Source of the DNA: Heterodontus francisci
Taxonomy: Eukaryota
DNA: 64,000 nt
NCBI RefSeq assembly: GCF_036365525.1
Contig: NC_090404.1
Location: forward strand, 33,780,236-33,844,235
Direction: 5' to 3'
A model generated the notes under the pieces. That model worked only from the letters and a program-made list of their open reading frames with translations. It was not told the origin of the DNA and did no database searches. This document shows positions 12,930-23,832 of the stretch, piece by piece. Numbering within the stretch: the stretch's first letter is position 1; each line of letters begins with the position of its first letter. Made by a program: the position numbers and the translations under genes.

Positions 12930-14340
12930 ATATGTTCCATTTGAAGAATGTGACAAGTGAAGTTCCTAGGGGATCTGTACGGGTCGATCAGTTTTTCAGT
13001 ATATTTATCAACGATGTAGATGAAAAGAGAGCAGGAGATCCAAGTTTACTAACGACACTAAGTAGAGTGATAAATAGTGTAGATGGGAACAGGACGTTGC
13101 AAAGGGACTTTAGTGGATTAAATGATTAGTCAAAACAGTGGTAAATGAAATTCCGTGTGGGGAAGTCTGAGGCATTTAGTTTGGAGTTGAGGAAGACAGA
13201 CCAGATTTTTAAAACATGATGAGAATCTGGGAATTGTGGAGGTGCAGAGAAATTTAGGCGTCCAATTGTAGAAATCACGACATACTTGCGGACAGGTATG
13301 AACAATGATTAAAAAGGTAATAGAGTGTTGGCTTCTATTTCAAGGGGGTTGGAATTCAAAGGGGTGGAAGTTCTTCTGTATTTGTATAAAGCTCTGACAC
13401 AGATGGGGAGACAGTTTTTGGCAAACGATGCAGGGGAATATATATATATTTTTACGCAGCGGGTGGTAATGAAGTAGAACTTGCTGCTCAAAGGGTGGTG
13501 GAAGGAGAGATGATCAATGACTTCAAGAAGAAGTTAGATGGCCACCTGAGAGAAATAGGCTTACAGGGCTATGGGGATTGAGCTGGGAAGTGGGACACAT
13601 AGATCCATGGAGAACCGGCATTGGCTCAATAGGCTGAATGATCTCCTTCTGTGCTGTAAATGACTCTATGACTCTATAATTATTACACTCAGTTATGGGC
13701 ACAGACCCTCAGGAGAGATATATTGGTTTTGAAGAGGGTGCAGCATTGATTGTCCATACTGGGGCTGAAAGCATTGCAATTATGAGGACAGGTTGCATAG
13801 ATTCGGATTGTGTTTTCTTAAAGAGAAAAGATTAAGTGGTCATCTATTTGAGCTAAAAACAAGGAATGCTAGAAATACTCAGCGGGTCTGGCAGCATCTG
13901 TGGAGAGAGAAGCTTCTCTCTGCTTCTCTCTCCACAGAAGCTGCCAGACCTGCTGAGTATTACCAGCATTTCTTGTTTTTATTTCCGATTTCCAGCATCT
14001 GCAGTATTTTGCTTTCATCTCATTGAGCTGTTTAGTATGACTGAAGAATTTGTTAGGCTACATACTACATAGAGAGAAATTCTATCCTCTGATGAGGGAG
14101 TCCAGAACAAGGCAGGAATAATATTAAAATTAGCGCTAGGCCGTTCGGGGATAATGCCAGGAAATATTTCTTCATACAAACGGTAGTGGAAATCTGGAAT
14201 TCGTTTCCCTAAAAGCTGTTGAGGTTGGGAGCCAAGTAAAAAAATTCAAAACCCAAGGTTGATACGTTTTTGTTAGGTAAGATTATTAAAAGACATGGAA
14301 CGAAGTTGTATATATCTAGTTAAGATACGGAGCAGCCATT
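12930..14340 (+). mobile_element. Degenerate, nested CR1 LINE fragments in the TM1-TM2 intron
   Basis: VTSEVPRGSV...FINDVDE RT remnant (ORF 12932..13129), CR1 tail at ~13630-13680, second 3' fragment after it. Confidence 0.8.
13855..14020. repeat. Palindromic shark interspersed repeat inserted in CR1
   Basis: AAAAACAAGGAATGCTAGAAATACTCAGCGGGTCTGGCAGCATCTGTGGAGAGAGAAGC is followed by its near-perfect reverse complement; related copies at ~16320-16465, ~32065-32195, ~61225-61410. Confidence 0.8.
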
Positions 14341-15337
14341 TTGCAACTCAGTTGCGGAGCAGGTTCGTCGATTTAACTGCTGCAATTTTCTCCTATCCTT
14401 CCATGGCCAATGTTTCCCATGTTCCTGTGTAACAACCTCACATGCACTTTTAACTTACTTATTTTTCTTTATGTATCTGAAGAACATTTGATATCATCCT
14501 TCACATCCCCAGCAATTGTTTCCTACCACACATTGCATTTTATAATTTCATTATCTCTTTTTTTTGCTGGTTTTATAATGCTGCCGGCTATCAAACCTGA
14601 CAATCTTTTTGCCTTAACCTTCCATATTTTGGTTTGATACTTGCACGAATTGTTGTCTTTCAAGGTAATGTGATCCCCCATTTAGAATTTCTCTTCCTGT
14701 GATTGTGTAAGTTGTGTTCGCTGATCAACTTCTTGAATACATTGCACCGTTTTTTCATCGATTTAACAACTGCAATTTTCTCCTGTCCTTCCATGGTCAA
14801 TGCTTTCTTCATCACTTCACAGTTATCAGCATCCCATGATTCTGAAATCATGCTTTCCAGCTCTCTTCATGGTGATCCAGCTTTACTTGCAAACCTTTGC
14901 TTTGGTCGTTCTTTCTCTCTCTCTCTCTCAAAACTATTATGTTCATTATTCTCGGGATGGTTCGCTAACTATTTCTGACTTATTACTCATAAACATTTAG
15001 TGAATCTTTTTCCTGTTGTTTTGCTTCTAATGACCGACAATCTACTTGTAAAGTAATTCTTTCCATTATTGATGTCTGCTGCTTCCTATATGTTCTATTA
15101 ATTCTCGTCTGCATGTATTCCTCGGCAAAGTCATCTTCTTCAGGAAGTTTAGTCAATGTGCCATTTAATCACATGGAAAGGACTGATGAAGTCCAATCTT
15201 AAACTGTGGGACCTTAGGAATTATTATTCTTTTGGGATATTTAGTTCATTATTTTCACCTTAGCTACATCCAAGGTATAAACCCAACTTCCTAGTCAATT
15301 TGCACAATGTCACAGTGTTATTGAAATTTGTTATTAC

Positions 15338-15495
15338 CTTAAGGACGGTTACAAATGTGCTGTACAATATACTGAGGATAAACAGGAGGACAAAAGCGAA
15401 CACTGTTGAGGCAGAGCTTGCATCCTCATCGAAGTTTTCTAATCCTTCTTCCTCTACCTCGAGGTCTTCTGGATTTTCCATTATTTGAGGAGTTT
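15338..15495 (-). CDS. IgNAR: IgNAR TM1 exon (acidic spacer + transmembrane helix)
   Basis: Acceptor TATTCTAG, phase 1; ETPQIMENPEDLEVEEEGLENFDEDASSASTVFAFVLLFILSILYSTFVTVLK with the conserved antigen-receptor TM (CART) pattern F..LF..S..YST.VT; donor AAG|GTAATA. Confidence 0.93.
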
Positions 15496-15935
15496 CTAGA
15501 ATAAATAGATGGATATTGGTATAAATGTGTTCATGGTGTAAACAGAATACATACAAAGAACTGCACTAACCTGAAAACCGGCAATCACGAGGTAAATGAT
15601 GCATCAGAAGCTGAATGACCGAATATGAGAAAGTAGCTCAAACGTCAACCAGCCCAATGCCCGTTAAAGTGAATTTCTGAACAATGGAGAAAGGCATGTA
15701 TTGTGTGGTGATAGTAGAGGTCAGGCAGAGTATACAGGAGAGAGGATTGATTAAAGACGTTATATATCCATCCTTTTCATGTTCCAGTAGGGAAAAAAAT
15801 GCTTTATGATACTGATTAGAGCGTGTGATTAAACTTAATTTGTCTTTTGACAGCTGATAATGACAATAATTAATGAAAATCTACTTAAAAGAAATAAACT
15901 CGGCAACTTTTGAACAGAAGTGTGTCCTGATTATA

Positions 15936-16094
15936 GAATTAAATCCCTTGCAGTTCACATGTGAAATTTAGTTCCGAAATCAGCATGAAAACTGAAGCGG
16001 GCTGATATTTTGGCTTAAGATGCATCTTTGCCTGATCAGCGCAGTTTATGTTCGAAATCGGAAATCTATCAACATTTTGCAGCAAAGTAGATTC
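15936..16094. mobile_element. Imperfect palindrome, MITE-like
   Basis: Arms pair around a perfect central palindrome AAGATGCATCTT (16017-16028). Confidence 0.55.
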
Positions 16095-16809
16095 AGACAA
16101 GCTTCATTTTTTCTGCCGTTCACACTCTCTCCACTGATGCTTCGTCTTTAATTACAAGCATTAACACACTCTGCCTTTATCCCAGGACAGCTTTGTTATT
16201 TAACCTCTCCTGCCCTCTGCCCTATCACAGACCTTTCCCTTTGTTCTCTTCCCCACTACCCCACCACCATACCCTCCTCACCCCCTCCCTCACTTAGTTA
16301 AAACATAATTCTTTTCTAACCTTTGCCAGTTCTGATGAAAGGTCACTGACCTGAAACTTTAACTCTGCTTCTGTCTCCACTGATACTGTCTAACCTGTTG
16401 AGTATTTCCAGCACTTTCTGTTTTTATTTCAGATTTCCAGCATCTACAGTATTATGCTTTTATTTTAGATAAAGACAAGTTCTGTTTTAGGATTTCAATT
16501 CATTATTTTACATTACCATCTGCACAATAAGGTTAGACCCATCTCACTGTTAATAGATTCAGTTGTTATTTACCAGGCTGGTGCTGCCATACTCTTAGGT
16601 TTCATACTCAAGATTTGATATATTACTGTTACAATTATCTATTTACTCGGCTGGTATTGTATTGTGGAATCAATAGCACATCATATCGTATATTCCTATA
16701 AGATGTCTCCAATATTCTGGAACAGAAACACAAAATGTCTGGTTACTTTATGCTTTCTGTCTTGGATTCAGTGATAAAACTGAAGTTAACAATTCCCTTC
16801 TACTGACAA

Positions 16810-18030
16810 TCATAGAACCATCAAATCATAGAATCCTTGCAGCACTGAAGGAGATCATTCAGACTGCAGTATCCATGCTGGATCGCTGCCAGAGCAACTC
16901 ACCTTGTCCCACTCCCCTGCTTGTTCCTATAGCACTGCATTTCCTTTTTCTCTTCAGGTGCTTATCCAATTGTGAGGACAGTTTTGAATCCTTTTGGATT
17001 GAATCTGCTTCCACCACACTCTCAGGGAATACATACCAGATCATAACCACTCGCTGCATAAAAAAGGTTTTGTCTCTCTGGAACCATTCTCATAAATGTT
17101 TTCCACATCCTTTCTAATGTCTTCACATCCTTCCTAAACTGTGGTTCCCAGAATTTGGCGCAATACTCCAGTTAAGATCGAAACAGTGTTTTATAAAGGT
17201 TCACCATAACTTCCGTTCTTTCATACTCTGTGCCTTTATTTATAAGGCCTAGGATCCCGTCTGCCTTTCTTTATGCACTTTCTCAACCTGCTCTGCCACC
17301 TTCAACGAATTGTGCACGTATACCCCCAGGTCTCTCTCATCCTGAATCCCCTTTAGAATTTTACCCTTTAGTTTCCATTGGCTTTCCTCGTTTTTCCTAG
17401 CAAAATTTATCACTTCACATCTCTGAATTATGTTTAATCTGCCACTTGTCCGCCCATTACAATAGGCTGTCTATTCCCTCTTGAAGTCTATCACCATCTT
17501 TCTCACAATTTACAATATTGCCCAGTTTTGTCTCATTCGCAAATTTTAAAATTGTGTCCGGCACAACATAGTCATGGTCATTAATATCTATCAAGTAAAG
17601 CAGTGGTCCTAGTACTGACCCCCTGGAGAACTTCACTTTATATGCTCCTACAATCTGAAAAAGAACCATTCACCACTATTCTCTGATTCCTATAACTCAG
17701 CCAACTTTGTATCCATGCTGCCACTATCCCTATTATTCCATGGGTTTCAACTTTGTGGAAAAGCATCTTATGTAGCACTTTAAGAAACGCCTTTTGGAAT
17801 TCTATATACATCACATCAGATGCATTACCTTCATCAACCTTCTCTGCTACCTCATCAAAAACTCAATCAAGTTAGTCAAACACGATTTTACCTTAACAAA
17901 TCCTTGCTGTCTTTCCTTAAATATTCCACATTTGTCCAAGCGACTGTTAATTTTGTCCTGGATCAGCGTTTCTAAAAAGCATTCCCACCATTACAGTTAA
18001 AATGACTAGCCTGTTGTTGCTGGACTTATC
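16810..18030 (-). mobile_element. CR1 LINE RT/3' fragment
   Basis: ORF 17457..17669 (RGSVLGPLLYLIDIND...KFANETKLG) and 16859..17059; CR1 tail at ~16810-16860. Confidence 0.88.
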
Positions 18031-18734
18031 TAATATCATTTACTGAACAGCAATGTATTTCAAGTCAAGTCTTGGCTTATGTAGTTATAGGGTTATGGTA
18101 ATCCGAGCCGAGGCATCTTTGTGTGTGTGGGGGGTGGGGGTGTGTGGCTGTTGGGGGAGGTAGAGGGGAGGGGGGGATATCTTATGTGATTAGAGGGCTA
18201 CCTTTATATTTGCATTACGTTCAGACTGTTGGAACCTGAGTCCAAAATTATCATAACCACAGGAGTCACTGACCTGACGTAGAGTAAATGTTGTCATATT
18301 ATAAATCCAAAGATCTCAAATCCTGGGTTACAGTCTGAAGTTTTATTCTAGATTGAACTGACAGGTCATATCTTCTTAACAACAGCTGACCAGGGGATAA
18401 ATTCAACACCCCAAGCAAATCCTCCTAATTTTACAATGTGAAAGCGAGAGCTGAACATGGGTTGGTTATACGTGTCCATATGCACTTCCTTAGCTGATGA
18501 GATATTGTGGGATTAGGCGACCCAGAGATAGTTTGATAACAAAGTGAAATACAGCCTGCTAACACTGCACAACCGGACGTGAGCCAACTCTGATGAATGA
18601 AGCGGGGTCCACTCACAAATTTGCATCATGAGAAACACAGATACCAATTTGCTGACTAAATTAGTGCATCTGACCACAAGCTGAATGAACAGCATCCATC
18701 ATGCATCGATGGCAGAGTAAGATACACTGCTCAC

Positions 18735-20055
18735 CACCTCACCGAGGCAACCTCCAGCGTGGAGAGACATAACTCCCCATAGAACAGCCGTTCCGCCACT
18801 TAACGAGACATTTTCCTTCAAGAATAGATACCACAATCCATAGCACATAGATTCCTCTACTCACAGAAGAATTCTCTAGTTGGATAGATACCAGACCCCA
18901 TAGAAAAGCGGCGAATCCACGCACTGAGACACATTCAGCAGAGAGAGAGACCACAGTCCAGATGTTCCCCGATTCACCAAGACATCCTCAGTACGGACAG
19001 ATACCGCATCCAGAGACCAGAGGTCTACCACTCACTGAGACACACTCTAACATGGACAGAAATTCAGCCCATACAATATCGGTTCCCCTACTAATCGAGA
19101 CGTCTTCCTGCATAGGTAGGATATCACCCCCCACTATACAGAGACTCCCCCACTCAAAGGGCCATCCTCCAACATGGATAGCTATCGCATCCCATATAGC
19201 ATGGATTATCCCACTCACCACCACACCCTCCAGCATGAATAGGTAGAGAATATGGATTATCCCACTCACTGAGACACCTGCAGCATCGATAGAATCCACA
19301 GGCTATAGAACATGGATTCCCCACTCACCGAGACACACTTCAGCACAGATAGACACCACATCCCATAGAACAGCTGCTCCCCCACGAACGGAGACACCCT
19401 CCAACAGAGAGAGAGATACCACACCCTATAGGACAGTGGTTTCCCCACTCACTGAAACATTCTTTAGCATAGATGGATACCATACCCCATCAAACATCAG
19501 TTGCTTCACTCACTGAGACATACTCCAGCATGGATACCTAACAAACCTTATAGAACAGTAGTTCCCCCAGTCGTCAAAATATCCTACAGCAGGGAGAAAT
19601 ACCACACGCCAAGGAACAAGTGATCCCTCACTCACTGTGACACCCTCCAGCATGGATAGTTACCACATTCCATTGAACAGACGTTCCCCCACTCACTAAG
19701 ACACACTCCAGGAAGGAGAGATACCACATCTCATCGAACAACGGTTGCCTCACTCACTGAGGCACACGCCTGCATGGATAGATACCACATCTCATAGAAC
19801 AGCGCTCCCCCCACCCTATCGCCCCCCGCCCCCCTTCACCGAGACATTCTCCAGAGTGGAGAGACGCCGGACCTCAAAGAACAGCGGTTCTTCCACTCAA
19901 TCAGGCAGCCTCCAACATGGCGAGTTAACCGCAACCCAGAGAACAGCGGTTCCCAAATCAGCGAGACAGCCTCCTTCTTAGACCGATACCACACATCTGA
20001 ACAGTGCTTCCACCACTCATACAGATACAATCCTGTATGGATCCCATGAAACAGC
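18735..20055. repeat. Degenerate ~60-bp tandem array (about 20 units)
   Basis: Recurring unit approx. CCACTCACTGAGACACCCTCCAGCATGGATAGATACCACATCCCATAGAACAGCGGTTCC (e.g. starts near 19262, 19321, 19382, 19445, 19689). Confidence 0.9.
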
Positions 20056-20479
20056 TGTTGCAGCTTCTGACTCGGCTGGCTAGTCACAGTAATTAGGCAA
20101 AGTGCGTTACGTTAAAGAACGGTCTGATTTCTCCTTGAGAAGATAATGCAACACCAAAAATGATCGGATCAGCTGTCTCACTGCAGGCTGCAATTCGCTG
20201 TGAATACAGGTTAGCTTCCCATTCGAAAAACTGTCGGATCCTGTGCTGCACTTTAACTGACCATTATGAGAAGATGAGTAGATTCCACTTCATACATAGC
20301 CTTTCACGGCTTCCAGAGGTCACAAAGCTGTATGTCCAAATAATTACTTTTTTAATGTTTGATAAACTACATCACAGTCAATTAACCCAGAACCACGTCC
20401 AAAAAGCAGCAATGTGGTCAATGGGAATTTAGTCTAATAAGTGTTGCTCTGGGAGCCGCCGGCAGAGCTCGCTAATCCT

Positions 20480-20630
20480 TCAATACACCCAGGGTATCTT
20501 TAACATCTACCCGAACAACCAGACGAGGCCACGGAGCAGCATTTTATCTGGAAAACTGCACCCGCTGTTCGTGGAATTGTCAGCCTGGATTAGAAACCGA
20601 AGTCAGGCAGAGGAGCTTGAACCCACTGGA
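20480..20630 (-). mobile_element. Deu-domain SINE fragment
   Basis: Similar to the copy at 57135-57540 (GGGTATCTTTAACATCTACC...TGTCAGCCTGGATT). Confidence 0.55.
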
Positions 20631-20814
20631 GTTGAAATCCCTCTCAGGCGGTGGCGCCGTCACTTGAGGCGAATTTCTACCCACAATATTGTGATTCAGA
20701 AGCCCGCCAGCTGACAATGAGCTCAAATGACACTAAAGTGCTGAGGATATTCCAACGTCAAGTCATACCTTGGAAACAAAAGCTTTTGAAACTGCACAGA
20801 TTAATAGTTCAATA

Positions 20815-21470
20815 CAACAATAACATTGCCATCAACATCTTGGGGGTTACCATTGACCAGAAAATGAACTGGAGCAGTCGCATAATTACTATGGCTCCAG
20901 GAACAGGTCAGATGCTGGGAATTCTGCAGTGAGTAACAACTTCTGCCTCCCCAATGTCTGTCTACAGGAGTGTGATGGAATAGTCTCCACTTGCCTGGAT
21001 GGGTGCACGTTCAACAACATTCAAAAAGCTCGACAACATCCAGGACAAAGCAATCTTCTTGGTTGGTGCCCAAAACACAAACATTCACTCCCTCCACCAC
21101 TGACACAGAGTGGCAGCAGCGTGTATAATACACAAGGTGCACTGCAGCCGCCCACCAAAGCTCCTCAAACAATAGCTTTCCAAACCAACAGCCTCTATCA
21201 CCTAAAAGGACAAAGGCAGCAGATGCATGGGAACACCACCGCCTGCAAGTTCCCCACCAAGCCACACACCATCTTGACCTGGAACTATATCGCTGTTCCT
21301 TCACTGTCACTGGGTCAAAATCCTGGAACTCCCTTCCTAACAGCATTGTGGGTATATCTACAGCAGATGGACTGCAGTGGCTCATGAAGGCAGCTCATCA
21401 ACACCAACTCAAAGTCAACTAAGGCTGGTCTTAACATTGATGCACATATCCCATCAAATAATAAAAACAA
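20815..21470 (+). mobile_element. LINE 3' fragment (CR1/L2 group)
   Basis: INILGVTIDQKMNWSS RT thumb motif; tail CACATATCCCATCAAATAATAAAAA; homologous to 46708-47490. Confidence 0.85.
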
Positions 21471-21474
21471 ATCA

Positions 21475-21700
21475 GAGTCAGTGGAGTGGTTGAAAGAGGT
21501 GATGGTGAGATAGAGCTGGGTGTCAGCAGCGTACATGTGGACTCTGATTTTGGATGATGTCACCCAGAGACAGCATGTATGTGAGCAATAGGAGAGGACC
21601 AGGGATAGATCCTCATGGAACTCCAGAGATACTGGTGCGGGAGCTGGTGGAGATCTCGCTGAAGATCTAGCTATGACTGGATAAGTAAGAGTGAATACAA
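21475..21700 (-). mobile_element. L2 LINE RT fragment
   Basis: HMYAADTQLYL (degenerate YADDTQLY) in ORF 21315..21704. Confidence 0.75.
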
Positions 21701-22027
21701 GCAATCACTAGTTTTGGGAAATTATTGTCGTACTAAATAGTGACTGGATGTTGTTCTACCTTTATTCATACCGATTTACAACTAGATACATAATTGGCCA
21801 AATGTAAACCACAAGAGCTCTGGAAGCTGCAAACACGGTAAGGAGTAGTGTAATCTGTTTGAAAGCACCCTTTGTATCTCTAAAAATGGGGGAATGGAAA
21901 CGTGTTGCACAGCTGGAAGATTAGACAATGTATATCATGCATATTTGGATCAAGTTTAAAATGAAGATCGTGAAAGTAACATGCACACAAACGACAAATA
22001 GGGGAGCCAGCAAGTTTTCATTCAGCA

Positions 22028-22033
22028 TTTATT
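22028..22033 (-). terminator. PolyA signal for secreted IgNAR mRNA
   Basis: AATAAA on the minus strand ~320 nt after the tailpiece stop. Confidence 0.7.
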
Positions 22034-22349
22034 GCAATTAGCGGATCCACATACAGACTAAAGCACAATTTCCTATTCATCCAATAACATCACTAAACCC
22101 TTCAAGGGATCTTCAAAACGATTGCAGCTGTGTTAAGGTTATCCAGGGTTATCGGATTCTAACCATAACTATCCTTCATTGACTGATATGGTTTCATATA
22201 TTACTGAAATATCTCAACAATTATTCGTCGACATAGAGGGTGACAGTGACATGTGATAAACAGGAGATTCACTGACTCAGATACTCAAACAGTTATGAAC
22301 ATCACAACAGTAACACATCTATGGGAAACAGATATTCACCCACACTGGG

Positions 22350-22732
22350 TTATGTACATGATTTAACACTGTCAGATAGGACAAGTGAAACATTAACTGA
22401 AGTAGGTTTACCATAAGATTTATTTATGCTTCTGCGTAAATCCCTTTGGAGGGACGGGTGTCCCACTAAACAGGTGTACGTGGTGCCGCTGTTCCACTCC
22501 ACTGCAGTGAGTTTCAATCTGCTGGCAATGGAGCTGGAACCATTTCTCTTCTCGATCTCTGCTTGGCTAGGAGAACCTGAATCCAAAAGGGTGTCATTGG
22601 CCATCCAAGCGATGTAAATCTCAGCAGGATAAAAACCAGTGACTAGACACACCAGAGTAGCCGTCTGCTCAGTGCCTATCTCTTCCGCTGATGGAAGTAG
22701 AACGTAGACTTTAGGAGGATGCATTTCACCAA
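22350..22732 (-). CDS. IgNAR: IgNAR C5 exon with secretory tailpiece
   Basis: Acceptor CTTTACAG, phase 1; VGEMHPPKVYVLLPSAEEI...LVCLVTGFYP...W...YTCLVGHPSL (Ig C1-set); tail GKPTSVNVSLVLSDSVKSCT* with N-glycan site and penultimate Cys; internal donor TAT G|GT AAA after 22412 for splicing to TM1. Confidence 0.97.
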
Positions 22733-23129
22733 CTGTAAAGAGAGAAATATTGGTTAAACTGAGTCTGTTTCTTCTTCAGTCTTCACTTCATGTTCCCCTT
22801 TTCTGGAAATAATGTGCATTCGGGCATTTGGAATAGTTTCTGAACTGTGAGAGTTTACATATTTCTCTACTTGTTCATGGGTGCCTTTAATTTTCTTTAT
22901 TTTGGTGGTTTTTCAATGTGGTCTGACGTTAGATTGCAAAGAGTTGGAGACAATCAAAAAGCACTGACGCTGTTAGGATGCAACAGTGTCAAACCGCTTC
23001 TATTTTTTCATACTATTTTTTACCCGTCTGGTGACTTCCCAGGTCCCAGATGACATAGGAACATTTAGTGAAGAAACTGGGTATTTGTTAACATCATTTA
23101 TCATCTGACCGAGTATTATCTGTGCTTAC

Positions 23130-23450
23130 CCTTTACTTTCCTGGTGGAAGTTTTCACTGGTGTTGGTAATTCGCTGTCCTCTATGAAGCAGACGTATTCC
23201 ACCCCACTGTCCCACTCTGCCGCAGTGACTTTTAGTTTACTAACGATGGCGAATTTGCTTCCATTCCACTCGGGACTCTGAGTCTCGACTCCTTCCGTTC
23301 TCCCACTCCCATCCACTTGCCAGGACACGATGACGCTTTCTAAGTCGCTGTAAAGGATTTCACAAACAATGGTCGCCGTTCGTTGAGTCCAAATCTCTTC
23401 AAAGAGGGGGTTCAATATATTGACAGAAATGTCTGCCTCATGACAATCAT
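23130..23450 (-). CDS. IgNAR: IgNAR C4 exon
   Basis: Acceptor TTCTCTCCAG; 321 nt, phase 1-1; DDCHEADISVNILNPLFEEIWTQRTATIVC...W...YVC...; N-terminal extra Cys at the inter-chain disulfide position; donor G|GTAAGC. Confidence 0.97.
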
Positions 23451-23654
23451 CTGGAGAGAAGAGGGAATGGTTATTTCAAGCTGTCATGTTGAATTCACAG
23501 GTGACAACAACAACAACATAGTCCAAGAGATATAAAATAATTCTACTTACTGGAGTAGGTTAGGACTTTTCTCAGATTGTTTCTGTTTAGCTAATAAGAT
23601 GCAGCGCCTTTCTGGTCTTGTTGCTTTCATCTCCTGGCTTTTCTGGATGATGTC

Positions 23655-23832
23655 CGCAAAAATATTTCCGATTATTAATTCCACAAATCGGGAATTCCTC
23701 TGACTGGGATTTAATTGGGACTAATTGTCCCTGCTCTCATGCTGCAAAGGTTCACACATCAGACTGACTGACTGATGCTAGAGGTCAATTGCAGCCCTGT
23801 GTCCTGAATGTGGTGGGTTCAACATACCTCCT
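23655..23832. repeat. ~180-bp direct repeat, copy A (copy B at 26661-26838)
   Basis: Shared GGAATTCCTCTGACTGG.ATTTAATTGGGAC.AATTGT.CC...TCTCATGCTGCA...GTTCAC.CATCAGACTGACTG...GAGGTCA.TTGCAGCCC; roughly 80% identical by eye. Confidence 0.85.

Noticed and set aside
15241-15258. Alternative TM2 (AG|GTG AAA ATA ATG AAC TAA, VKIMN*) 79 nt after the TM1 donor
   Set aside because: Acceptor lacks a polypyrimidine tract; 11491-11499 has a much stronger acceptor. Not excluded as a minor form.
15260-15556. 98-aa ORF as a stand-alone membrane protein
   Set aside because: It is TM1 plus intronic read-through on both sides.
18121-18177. G-quadruplex-capable G runs (also C run at ~49365-49391)
   Set aside because: Short low-complexity tracts common in shark DNA; no independent evidence of function.
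18735-20055. CRISPR array or repeat protein (ORFs 18739-20087)
   Set aside because: Vertebrate DNA; whole units are diverged copies with no unique spacers and no cas genes; ORFs are by-products of the repeat.
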